A DNA stretch of 46,978 nt from a virus (taxonomy: Duplodnaviria; Caudoviricetes): IMG/VR virus record IMGVR_UViG_3300045145_000042, positions 1 to 46,978 of that record; one strand, given 5' to 3'. A model generated the notes under the pieces. That model did not search any database. It had not been told where the DNA came from and was given only the letters and a program-made list of their open reading frames with translations. Shown here one piece after another: positions 10,109 through 18,890 of the stretch. The number at the start of each line of letters is the position of its first letter. Position 1 is the stretch's first letter. The position numbers were made by a program, and so were the translations under genes.

Positions 10109-10768
10109 TCAGCGAACGAGAATACCGACGGAGGCGAGATCGGCGGTTGCCGCTGCCTTCTGTTCGGCGGTTACGTCTTCCGGCCAAGCGAGGCACTGGC
10201 CGTTCACTTCGGCATCGCGGAAAATCGCGGCGATCTTGACGGTTTCACCAGCACCGGTAACGGCCGGATAAATGGCGACCGCTACAGCCTTTTCGCTGCC
10301 GTCGTCGCCTTCCGGATCATATGCGACGGCGTGGTAATCGCCCGGTGTTTCAACGCCGACATCGATATCAAAGCTATCGCCCGCAGCGAAAGCCGTCGCG
10401 CCCGCAGTGATCGTAAACTTGATTTCTTTGTTGAACGCTGTCCCAACGGTCGCGTTTCCGAGACTTGCTCCGGTCGGGCTTGCTACGGCGAAAACCGTGT
10501 CCGAGGCCGCGGTCGCGGTATAGGTGCCGTTCTTTGCTTTTGAAGAAACGGCCGGTGAAGCCATATCCAGAGTACCGTTACCGGTGTTACCGGAACCCGC
10601 CGCGACCGAGGTCGTAACACCGCCGTCTTGCGCGAGCAAAGCCAAGAGAGCGCCCGGGTCGATCTTCTGGTTTTCGCCAATGGTGACGCCTTCACGGGAT
10701 CGCTGGCCGTTGGCCTCGTTCAAAATAAATTCTCCCGCGTGGCGCGGTTCGTTGAACACTTTAGACAT
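10109..10768 (-). CDS. Head decoration protein (gpD-like) with inserted domain
   Basis: EFILNEANGQRSRE N-terminus and DGSEKAVAV...RDAEV...GILVR C-terminus. Confidence 0.8.
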   Translation of the reverse strand: MSKVFNEPRHAGEFILNEANGQRSREGVTIGENQKIDPGALLALLAQDGGVTTSVAAGSGNTGNGTLDMASPAVSSKAKNGTYTATAASDTVFAVASPTGASLGNATVGTAFNKEIKFTITAGATAFAAGDSFDIDVGVETPGDYHAVAYDPEGDDGSEKAVAVAIYPAVTGAGETVKIAAIFRDAEVNGQCLAWPEDVTAEQKAAATADLASVGILVR

Positions 10769-10835
10769 TGTTCAAATTCTCCAATAAGAGGGATTAATCA
10801 CAGCGGATCGCGTGCGCCTGAAGGCGCGCTCGCGA

Positions 10836-12062
10836 TCACATACCGGCGTTCAGTTTGCTCGTGACCTTGCCCCACGACGCTTTCGTCTTTTCGGCGGAGG
10901 TCTGCGGTTGGTCTGCTTTCGGGTCGAAAGTTACAAGGCCGCCAGATGCTTCGCTTGAGCGCGGACCTGTCGGCTGTGGCTGCTGCTGTTCGCTTTCCGT
11001 GGTCTGCTCAGTTGTCGAGGCAGTCAGGCCAGCGAGAGCGCCTTTCACAACATCAGCCGACAGGTCGGTCGTAAATGCGAGGTGAGCCGCCGAGGCTTCG
11101 CGGCCTTTTGCTTCCGGCAGGTTCAAAATCGCCTGAATACGGCTACGTTCTGCCGTTGCACCAATCTTTTCGCCTTCCTTGCGCGCAGCTTCAATCTGTT
11201 CATTTTCCATCTTTGCAGTCCTTCTGTTGGTTGTTGGCGAAGGGCTGCGCCCTGCCAGTTCTGCGATTACCGCCTCGTAAGTGCCGATGCGATTAGCCAT
11301 TCCGGCCGCTACTGCGGCCGATCCGATAAGTACGTCGCCACCGCCAAATTTGGCGATCACGTCGTCGGGCTTCACCCCTCGACCACTTGCAACCGTGGCG
11401 ATAAAAACGTCTGCGAGAGCATCAATCGTGTTTTGAATACGTGCTTTGCCCTCATCTGTTGAAAGGTCTGTCCGTTTGCCGGGAGACTGCGAGGAAATGA
11501 ACTCTCGCCGTCCAGCTTCCGCGTCTTTCTTACTCGTGTCCTGAAAGGCCGCACGAACGCCGATAGACCCGAGGATCGCAGTTTCAGCGATCACTATCTC
11601 GGTAGCCTGAGAGGCAAGCCAATATCCGGCCGACGCCGCCGATCCGCCGACATAAGCGATAATCGGCTTTACAGCCTTGCCTGCTCTGATCGCTTTCGCC
11701 AACTCGTCAACGCCGGTCACTTCACCGCCCGGTGTATCGAAATTGATGATGATTGAACGATACGAGGGATTATCGAGAGCGGCTTGCAGATCGCGAGCCA
11801 TAATGTCGTACGAAGTTGCCCCCGAAATCGACGTGAAAAGGTTCGCGCGGCGGAACAACGGGCCGCGCGCCTCAATGATTGCGACCGATCCCCGCTCATG
11901 CAGGCGCTCGGCTGTGGCTACATGTTTTGATCGGTACGCTTCGAGCGCTTCGATAGAAACATTATTTTCACGGGCGGCAACAGAGAGGACGAGCTCCAGC
12001 CCTTCGGCTGTAATCGCCCATGGCTCCGCAAGCGCCGCCTGTAAGGCACGCGTTTCGGGCAT
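10836..12062 (-). CDS. S49 prohead protease/scaffold (gpC-like)
   Basis: DTPGG, SAGYWLAS and GSIGV S49 motifs; scaffold-like C-terminus. Confidence 0.92.
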   Translation of the reverse strand: MPETRALQAALAEPWAITAEGLELVLSVAARENNVSIEALEAYRSKHVATAERLHERGSVAIIEARGPLFRRANLFTSISGATSYDIMARDLQAALDNPSYRSIIINFDTPGGEVTGVDELAKAIRAGKAVKPIIAYVGGSAASAGYWLASQATEIVIAETAILGSIGVRAAFQDTSKKDAEAGRREFISSQSPGKRTDLSTDEGKARIQNTIDALADVFIATVASGRGVKPDDVIAKFGGGDVLIGSAAVAAGMANRIGTYEAVIAELAGRSPSPTTNRRTAKMENEQIEAARKEGEKIGATAERSRIQAILNLPEAKGREASAAHLAFTTDLSADVVKGALAGLTASTTEQTTESEQQQPQPTGPRSSEASGGLVTFDPKADQPQTSAEKTKASWGKVTSKLNAGM

Positions 12063-12081
12063 AGACTTTTCCTTTGAGGTG

Positions 12082-12378
12082 TTAGTACCGGCGCGAGCCG
12101 CCTCGGATCGCGAAGCGGCGATTGAGAGGCTTTAAGCCCTGCAATTCTCGGCATGCGTCTTCCGCGTCCATCATTTCACGGCGGAGCATTGAAAGGTTTC
12201 CTTGCATCACAGAGGTTTGAACCTCCTGCTCATTATCGCCATGTCGGAAGCGGACACGCTGCGCAGAGCCGCCCGCAAGCCGGTCATAATAGGCATTTCT
12301 CAACGCCTTCGCGCGTTCACAAGGATTATTCCAATCGATAACGACCGTGTCAGGGTGGCCGATTACGTCGTCCGTCAT
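12082..12378 (-). CDS. Head completion / head-tail adaptor (gpW-like)
   Basis: 98 aa; AYYDRLAGG...VRF...RRFAI pattern. Confidence 0.6.
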   Translation of the reverse strand: MTDDVIGHPDTVVIDWNNPCERAKALRNAYYDRLAGGSAQRVRFRHGDNEQEVQTSVMQGNLSMLRREMMDAEDACRELQGLKPLNRRFAIRGGSRRY

Positions 12379-13970
12379 CGTCTCTCGTCCTCTGTAACCA
12401 GTTTGTCGCCGATAGGGTCGGGCGTCATTGTATCGCCGTCCGGTAATCCTAGCCTTTCCCGTTTCTTCGCCTCGCGGGAACGCTGCTCATAAACGTCATC
12501 CACATCGACGCCGAGATCATTGCAGATCATTTCGTCGGTCATGACACCCATGCGTTTATAAACCTCGTGAGCTTTGGCAGCTTTGAGGTCGTCGGCCTGC
12601 GGTCTGGCTGGGCCGCGCCATTCAGCGGAACAAGCCGCAGAACGCTGAGCGAAGAAGGCAGCCAAACCACCGGTAAAAGGGACATTCCCTGCCTCTATCT
12701 CTTCCTCAAGCCATGCCTCGTAAACATGCTGTAGGAAGCGACCGCTAATATTTTGCCGACGCGCGAGAACGAGAGGCCATTTCTCGGCTGTCGCCATACG
12801 AACAGACGAGTATGTCGCGCCGGTATAATCACCGGTGAGCGTTTCAACCGTCATGCTGAGGCAGGTCGCAATTTCGCGGAGGAGAAACTTGCTGAATGCC
12901 TCGTATGTATCATTCGGATGCTCAGACCGGTTCATTGTCAGTTTTTCGCCGGGAAACAGGTGCGCAATCCGCCCGCCTGATCCGAGGTCGATTTTGGTCT
13001 GCTGATACCAAGCCTGTTTAAATCCGAATAACGTCTCGGCCTGCGATCCGCTGCTTTCCTGCTCACCTTCGTCGCGAAGAGCATTCAGCAGAGCCTCGGT
13101 CGGTGCCTCGCTCTCGATTGTCGCCGCAAACACTGCCTGAATAAGTGCGGCTGTAAGTGTTGCGTCCGCAAGCTGGTCATACTGACGGAGAACGCGGAGA
13201 ACGGGAGCAAGAGGCGTAATTCCTCGCGTTTGACCCGGAGCGCCTTCAAAAACATGAACCACTTGCGGCCGCCCCGTGCTGTCGCGGGCGGCGATATCAA
13301 CCTGATCTCGGAAAATGCTGTTTTTCGTGAAGCGGTAGGCGAGAGGAAAACCGAAATCGTCCATGCGGACGCCCTGAAACATACGGGACATTGTGTCCGT
13401 ATCTTGCACGAGCCGGTGCGGTAAAACGAGTTGAACCTTTGTCCGCGTCATTGACACGTCGCGGCGGATCGACGGGAGCAGGCTAATCGCCTCGCCATAA
13501 GCGAAATTGGTCTTGAGAACCATCGCAGTTAACTGCCCCATGGTATGCTTACCGGCCGCGTCGCACTCGACGGGGTTTTCTGACCAGAGTATCCAGCGAC
13601 GGGCTACGAGGTCGATCCATTCTTCCGTTTGCTTCTCATCCCATCCAAGAACGGTTTGATCCGGCGTTGGGTTTAAGCGAAGACCAGTTCCGATAGTTGT
13701 CGCAACAGCTTGATTGACCGCCCCAGCAATCCAGCCAGAGTTTTGCAGAGCTTCAATCGCACGAGCTGCGGCCTCAATATATGCTGTACGCACGTCTTCA
13801 CGGGCGTCCCTTAAAGCAGGACGCCACGCAAAAAGTGCCGCAGCTCCGCCGCTTCCCGGAGACCGGAAATACTGCGCGGAGTGCTGTGGTGAAGACGGTT
13901 GGACTACGCCTAATACCGACCCGTCAGTTCCGACGCGAATGCGCGGTTTTGTTGGTGCATTCATCATCAC
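12375..13970 (-). CDS. Portal protein (lambda family)
   Basis: PGQTRGITPLAPV and LTGDYTGATYSSVRM motifs. Confidence 0.92.
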   Translation of the reverse strand: MMMNAPTKPRIRVGTDGSVLGVVQPSSPQHSAQYFRSPGSGGAAALFAWRPALRDAREDVRTAYIEAAARAIEALQNSGWIAGAVNQAVATTIGTGLRLNPTPDQTVLGWDEKQTEEWIDLVARRWILWSENPVECDAAGKHTMGQLTAMVLKTNFAYGEAISLLPSIRRDVSMTRTKVQLVLPHRLVQDTDTMSRMFQGVRMDDFGFPLAYRFTKNSIFRDQVDIAARDSTGRPQVVHVFEGAPGQTRGITPLAPVLRVLRQYDQLADATLTAALIQAVFAATIESEAPTEALLNALRDEGEQESSGSQAETLFGFKQAWYQQTKIDLGSGGRIAHLFPGEKLTMNRSEHPNDTYEAFSKFLLREIATCLSMTVETLTGDYTGATYSSVRMATAEKWPLVLARRQNISGRFLQHVYEAWLEEEIEAGNVPFTGGLAAFFAQRSAACSAEWRGPARPQADDLKAAKAHEVYKRMGVMTDEMICNDLGVDVDDVYEQRSREAKKRERLGLPDGDTMTPDPIGDKLVTEDERR

Positions 13971-15973
13971 AACCCATTAAATCGAGCAGCAAATTGCGAG
14001 ATGCGGTCGAATTTCTTCTCCACCTCAGAACTTGGTGCTCCGTTTGCATCAGGAACCGGAATGGTCGGCCCCGCTGTATCGTCTTCATTCCTCCGTCGTG
14101 CGTTCGGACTTAGGCGGTGAGCGTTAAGCTGGTAGCCAGCCGCCGCCGCCAAAGCCTCACAGTCGAGATAGTGGTTTTCACGGGAACGCTGCACCCAGAC
14201 TGGCGTACCGGTCGGGGAGGTGATTCGCGCTTCGCTTACTATCTGCTGGCAATAATCATCCGTTGTTTCCTCATGCAGTCGCCATGCGCCGAGGCTATCC
14301 AAAGGGTAGCGGATGCGTTCATGCACCCAACTTTTCCAGTGGTCAGTATCGAGCAAATGCAGAGTAAGCCCATATTTTGAGGTCTTACCGTCGGCCTTTA
14401 CTTCGATTTTCGACTGAATAATCGGGCGGGACTGTGTTCGTCTCCCTTTGGTCGGGAAAACAAAACGAGGAAAACGCCGCGCAAACGAATAGACGCGGTG
14501 TTCAGGAACGGCAAATTTCTTGCCTGGACGGAAACCACTATCAACGAACGCAAGCCGTATCGGCAGGCCGTCGATAGGCTCTGTGAGCAGATCGGCGAGA
14601 TCGTCCCATACCTCTTGTTGAGAAGTATCGCCCCAGAGGTCGCCACTATCGACAAGCCATGACGTTGCACGCGCGCCCCACGCTCGAATGACGAACGGAA
14701 GGCGGTTTTTCTGAACGTCGACACCGGCCGTCAAAAAGACAGCCTGATCTGGGATAGTCCGAGGAAGATACGGAGCCTTTAGGTTCGCCACCTCCTGCCA
14801 CTCTGGCACGTCACCTCCGCCCGGCGTGTAGACCTCCCCGAAACCTGCATTGATTGCCGTCTGCACCTTGCCAGTCTCACCAGAGGCGAGGGCTTTAAGA
14901 TACGTTTCGGCACGTTCTCCGAACGATACGAACGGAGACGCAAGACCCGAAACCCAGAATGACAATGTTGTGGTGTCGGGAGGATCACCGGCGACGTTAC
15001 CGTCGACGTCGACAGTTTGCCCCGGCGCAACGAATACGCCGGTCGCGTTCATGGTTTCCTTGTGAATATCCTCAATAACGCATCCATTACGAGGGCACTC
15101 GATAACAGCCTCTCTACGAGCTTGTGCCGGAGTTGCCGTCTTCGGCCACGATAGGCATTTAAACCGAGGGACAAACCACTCGCGGCAGTGCGGGCATTGC
15201 CATGTCCAGTGGTGGCGAGTGCCTTCCTGCCACAGCCGCCAAATAGGTGAGGCTACGTCGTCAGGATTGACCACCCCCCAAAACTCAAGGCCGCTGTCTT
15301 CGTCCATTTCAGTTTCGACCATTCCTTGCGAGGGCGTGGAGGTTATGCCGGTCATGAAGTCCGCATATGTGATGCCGCGAGCTTCGACGAGGCCGAGCGG
15401 ATCGCCTTGTCCTTTGATGTTTGCGGCCATTTCGTCGTATTCATCGATGAGTGCTAGTCCGGCAGGGTCGGACTTGAGGGCGGTTGAGGATCCGGCATGG
15501 GCGAGGCGCACGGTAACGCCAGCAACTCGCTTGAGCGTCTTTTTCATACGTTTACCGCGAGCGAGCTTCCGCTTTAGTTTCGGAGCTTCATCGAACAGCC
15601 CCATGAGGCGCGGTTCAAACTGGTCGTTAAGAAACTTTTCGGAAGGGCCGACGTAAAGGATCGGCACCGGTCGCGTGTCGCACCGGAAGCCAATAACATC
15701 TAGAATTGTTTCTGTCTTACCGCTCTGCGCGCCTGTGACAAGGACGTTTCGCGTGTAGCGAGGATCATCAAAACCGCGCGCATACGGGACAATGTACGGA
15801 GTATAAAAAGGATCGCGCTGTCCGGGCTTTCCTGATGTAGGAGGGTAGACGCGATTGTCCGCCCCCCATTGGTCAGGCGTCGTCTTCTCCGTCGGCTCCC
15901 AGAGGATCGCGGCCAGATCGTAAAGCCTCGCCCGCTTCTCTGAACTTGCCTTGTGATCGAGCAAACGCCCCAT
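13967..15973 (-). CDS. Terminase large subunit (GpA family)
   Basis: Walker A GAQSGKTE, LIDEYD, STP, CPHC, TAGVDVQ and ENHYLDC motifs. Confidence 0.95.
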   Translation of the reverse strand: MGRLLDHKASSEKRARLYDLAAILWEPTEKTTPDQWGADNRVYPPTSGKPGQRDPFYTPYIVPYARGFDDPRYTRNVLVTGAQSGKTETILDVIGFRCDTRPVPILYVGPSEKFLNDQFEPRLMGLFDEAPKLKRKLARGKRMKKTLKRVAGVTVRLAHAGSSTALKSDPAGLALIDEYDEMAANIKGQGDPLGLVEARGITYADFMTGITSTPSQGMVETEMDEDSGLEFWGVVNPDDVASPIWRLWQEGTRHHWTWQCPHCREWFVPRFKCLSWPKTATPAQARREAVIECPRNGCVIEDIHKETMNATGVFVAPGQTVDVDGNVAGDPPDTTTLSFWVSGLASPFVSFGERAETYLKALASGETGKVQTAINAGFGEVYTPGGGDVPEWQEVANLKAPYLPRTIPDQAVFLTAGVDVQKNRLPFVIRAWGARATSWLVDSGDLWGDTSQQEVWDDLADLLTEPIDGLPIRLAFVDSGFRPGKKFAVPEHRVYSFARRFPRFVFPTKGRRTQSRPIIQSKIEVKADGKTSKYGLTLHLLDTDHWKSWVHERIRYPLDSLGAWRLHEETTDDYCQQIVSEARITSPTGTPVWVQRSRENHYLDCEALAAAAGYQLNAHRLSPNARRRNEDDTAGPTIPVPDANGAPSSEVEKKFDRISQFAARFNGL

Positions 15974-16370
15974 TTAAACCCTTCTCAATCTCCACGCGCA
16001 GTTTCACGTCGCGCGTCACCGCTGCCGGTATTCCGGAAAGTTCTGCGCGTAATGTTGCAAAAACACTTGAGACGACGGCTTCAACATCGTCCATTTCGAC
16101 GAGACGGCCTTCCTCTTTCCCGATCCGGAGCTCGACCTCTCTTTGCCGCGCGGCCTTGAGGCCGCTGTCGGCGGCGGATTTTGATGCTTGTTTTTCTTCG
16201 TCTTTCAAAAAGCGAATGTAGCCTTGAACAGCATCGGTTACGGCATATTTGCCTTTGCCAATTCTGGGGATGTAACCTGAGTTCACAAGCTGCCGAATGC
16301 GCTCAGTTGAGAGCATAAGTAAACCGGCTATTTGCGCGGCTGTGATAGTGAAATCCTTAATGTCGGACAT
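15873..16370 (-). CDS. Terminase small subunit (Nu1-like)
   Basis: N-terminal wHTH (AAQIAGLLMLSTERIRQL), coiled coil, EEGRLV; overlaps TerL. Confidence 0.85.
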   Translation of the reverse strand: MSDIKDFTITAAQIAGLLMLSTERIRQLVNSGYIPRIGKGKYAVTDAVQGYIRFLKDEEKQASKSAADSGLKAARQREVELRIGKEEGRLVEMDDVEAVVSSVFATLRAELSGIPAAVTRDVKLRVEIEKGLNGAFARSQGKFREAGEALRSGRDPLGADGEDDA

Positions 16371-16448
16371 TCCTATTTCCCGTCGTTTCCAGCATGGCGA
16401 ACACCAACACCAACCGCGAATTTAGAAATCTCAAAATTGTTCATATTC

Positions 16449-16494
16449 CGGGCAGCAGCGTGCCCGCACAGCTTGCCTATGGGGTAAGGTACCT
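16449..16494 (-). other. Candidate cos (cosQ-like GGTACCT, then 22 nt, then cosN-like CGGGCA-N6-TGCCCG dyad)
   Basis: Upstream of terS; spacing resembles lambda GGGTCCT-23 nt-cohesive end. Confidence 0.5.
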
Positions 16495-16622
16495 TTTCTT
16501 TACCCCTTCACGTCGCGATACAGAGGCGCACAGAGCGGTGAAGGCAGACGAATGGCTGGATGCAGCTGACTGCACTCTGCTCGCCAGCGGCCTTTCTTGT
16601 GGCTTTCCCTCTAGCGCCTAAG

Positions 16623-17159
16623 CTACCACTTGAACAGGCGCATGAGTTCGTGCTCAACGCGCTTCATGATAAACCCGTCGACTTGCTTCCACTTAGCTAC
16701 GGTTGGATCTTTGGTGATCTCTCTCGCAATATTGGGACCGAACAGCGGTTCGACTGGCCCGCGTTCTGGACTGGTACGTTTATAAACCTTGCCATCATAA
16801 GCAGACACGATGAATGTGGATTTGAAAACTCGGCGCTGTTTCCAAGGCGCAGCGCTTACGCCTTTCTTACCTTGCCTTGCTGCGAAGAGATTGAGGTTCA
16901 TCTCATTACCAGTCGCTTCAAGAGTGTAGGAAAGTTTATTCGGGTTAGCCCGTTTTGTTTCAACGGCCTTATTAATTAAGCCGTATTTAATTCCTGTCTG
17001 GCTGACAAGGGAACGCTTGACCTGTGTCCGCGCCATGTCGCCGCCTCGGTTAAGGGCATTTGCAAATATACGTTTAGCTTTTCCCTCACCTGCGACGTTC
17101 AGGGCTTTGCCAAAGTTCTCATAAACGCCGTCTTTTGTGATGACGATATCACCGGACAT
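16623..17159 (-). CDS. Minor tail / tail-completion protein (lambda gpZ-like)
   Basis: Basic 178 aa; ALNRGG...ART and GPVEPLFGPNI patterns. Confidence 0.65.
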   Translation of the reverse strand: MSGDIVITKDGVYENFGKALNVAGEGKAKRIFANALNRGGDMARTQVKRSLVSQTGIKYGLINKAVETKRANPNKLSYTLEATGNEMNLNLFAARQGKKGVSAAPWKQRRVFKSTFIVSAYDGKVYKRTSPERGPVEPLFGPNIAREITKDPTVAKWKQVDGFIMKRVEHELMRLFKW

Positions 17160-17189
17160 AACTATTCACTCCCCTCATCTTTGGACAAT

Positions 17190-17225
17190 AAAAAACCCCG
17201 ACAGGAGGGGAAACTGTCAGGGTTC
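17190..17225 (-). terminator. Intrinsic terminator downstream of DUF892 gene
   Basis: CCCGACAG...CTGTCAGGG imperfect stem next to an A-run on the + strand. Confidence 0.6.
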
Positions 17226-17304
17226 ACTAATGCTGTCAGAGTTTATAAATTGAGGACATGTTGCAACCAATAAAAATGTTGCGAAAACAGAGTTATATTT
17301 TTTA

Positions 17305-17778
17305 TTAGACTTTATTGATTGAAGTTATTGCCAGATTGGTCAGCTTGTTATTTGTCGCTTTTTCTTGGTCAAGTATCTCACTTAGCAGCGTATGCGCTTC
17401 ATCATAACCAAGTTGCTTTGCCCATTCACGCAATGAGCCATAACGAGCAATCTCATAATGCTCAACTGCTTGGCAAGCCGCCAGCAATCCCGCATCCAAT
17501 GCAGTTCCGCTAGCTTCTTTTATAAGACCGTCGGTTTCTTTTATCAGCCCTTCGATGGCATCGCATTTTTCGCCTTCGGCTTTAACGCCGATTGATTTAA
17601 AAACCTTTTTAAGTGTTTCAATCTGGCCTTTAGTTTCTGCAAGATGATCTTCCGCAGCGCTTTTCAATTTCGCATCTTTTGCTGCTTTTGCCACATTGGG
17701 TAGCGCCTTAGTTATAGCAGCTTCTGCGTAATAAACATCCTGAAGTGTATGCACAAAAATATCTGATAGTGATTTCAT
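17305..17778 (-). CDS. Ferritin-like stress protein, DUF892/YciF family
   Basis: HTLQDVYYAE, HLAETKGQ, CDAIEGLIKE and AVEHYEIARYG motifs; true start ATG 17778 with GGAGG RBS. Confidence 0.92.
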   Translation of the reverse strand: MKSLSDIFVHTLQDVYYAEAAITKALPNVAKAAKDAKLKSAAEDHLAETKGQIETLKKVFKSIGVKAEGEKCDAIEGLIKETDGLIKEASGTALDAGLLAACQAVEHYEIARYGSLREWAKQLGYDEAHTLLSEILDQEKATNNKLTNLAITSINKV

Positions 17779-17804
17779 AACAGTTCCTCCTTCAATAGAG
17801 GAGA

Positions 17805-17829
17805 AACGGCAAGGCCACCTTATTGTTCC
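17805..17829 (-). promoter_or_regulatory. EcfG/RpoE1 (general stress sigma) promoter
   Basis: GGAAC-aataaggtggccttgc-CGTT, exact GGAAC-N16-CGTT, 26 nt upstream of the ATG. Confidence 0.82.
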
Positions 17830-18088
17830 GAACACAAATTGTGTACTGGTAGCGACACATGTCATTAGTAAATATATGATCGAGCTATTTGACAATAAAA
17901 AAGGCCGGGGCAATTCTGCACCGACCTTCCTACTCATCATTTAATTTCCAGTGCCAGTACATCCGTGGTCAAAGGTTTAAATTGATGAAGACGTTTGCGA
18001 GCGCTGTGAGAAACGCGCTGCATAGCAACGTCTATGAAATCTATATAGATAGCGATTGTGTTCTAAACAAGGATACAAACGAGTTTTT

Positions 18089-18625
18089 TTAATGCTGCTG
18101 TACCCAGTTAAGATTACCAGGGGCAACTCCTACCTCTGATGCAACCTTAATCGCTCGTTCCTTCAACTCCTCTGGAACCTCTGCTGTGCGTGATAAAACC
18201 CAAAAATATTTAGGGCTTGAGCCAACGATAATAGCCCAGCGATAATCCTCATCCAGATCTACGATATTATAACCACCATAGAACGGACCGAAGAAAGAAA
18301 CTTTGAGCGCCCCCTCGTGCTCATTTCGCACAAAAACGGCAGTTCCTGAAGCTCGTTTATGTCTGCCAGATATCTCGTCGATACCGCTATTCAATACATT
18401 TACAGAGCCATCACCGTTAAGAGTGTATTCGGCTGTGGTTTTAATCAGGCCTTTTTCAAAACGGTTATCTACACGAGCAACCTCAAACCACTTCCCAAGA
18501 TATCGGTTTAGCTCGAAACCCGTGACAGGCGTAACATTATCAGGAATTTGAGGATTACCTGCTTTATATAATTTATATCCTGCGAATATACCAAGTGCAG
18601 CCAGTAATAGCTTTTTAGCGCTCAT
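18089..18625 (-). CDS. blc: Bacterial lipocalin (Blc-like)
   Basis: RYLGKWFEVAR, LKVSFFGPFYGGY and WVLSRT motifs. Confidence 0.9.
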   Translation of the reverse strand: MSAKKLLLAALGIFAGYKLYKAGNPQIPDNVTPVTGFELNRYLGKWFEVARVDNRFEKGLIKTTAEYTLNGDGSVNVLNSGIDEISGRHKRASGTAVFVRNEHEGALKVSFFGPFYGGYNIVDLDEDYRWAIIVGSSPKYFWVLSRTAEVPEELKERAIKVASEVGVAPGNLNWVQQH

Positions 18626-18651
18626 AACAAACTCCTGTCAGTTATATTGTG

Positions 18652-18676
18652 AACGCATATGGGTGTTGAGAGTTCC
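18652..18676 (-). promoter_or_regulatory. EcfG/RpoE1 promoter
   Basis: GGAAC-tctcaacacccatatg-CGTT, 26 nt upstream of the lipocalin ATG. Confidence 0.82.
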
Positions 18677-18837
18677 GCAATCTACAGCTTGAAACAAAAA
18701 AGGAAGCATTATTTCTGGGTGATTTATTCGAATAAAATCGCGCTGCGAACAGATTGAACCAATTGCAACTGACACTCTCAGGATGGTGTTTTTAGTGTTC
18801 ATACAGGCATTTGTCGTCATCATTTTGTTATTCAAAT

Positions 18838-18866
18838 AAAAACCCCGCCATTTCTGACGGGGAAAT
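18838..18866 (-). terminator. Intrinsic terminator downstream of omp gene
   Basis: CCCCGCCA-tttc-TGACGGGG stem with flanking A-run. Confidence 0.65.
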
Positions 18867-18890
18867 TAGTTCATAAAAGGCCGTGAACTT

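Noticed and set aside
9605-10543. 312-aa plus-strand ORF and the many other antisense ORFs over the structural genes
   Set aside because: Shadow ORFs of GC-rich coding genes; no RBS coupling or motifs, unlike the 23621-25180 case
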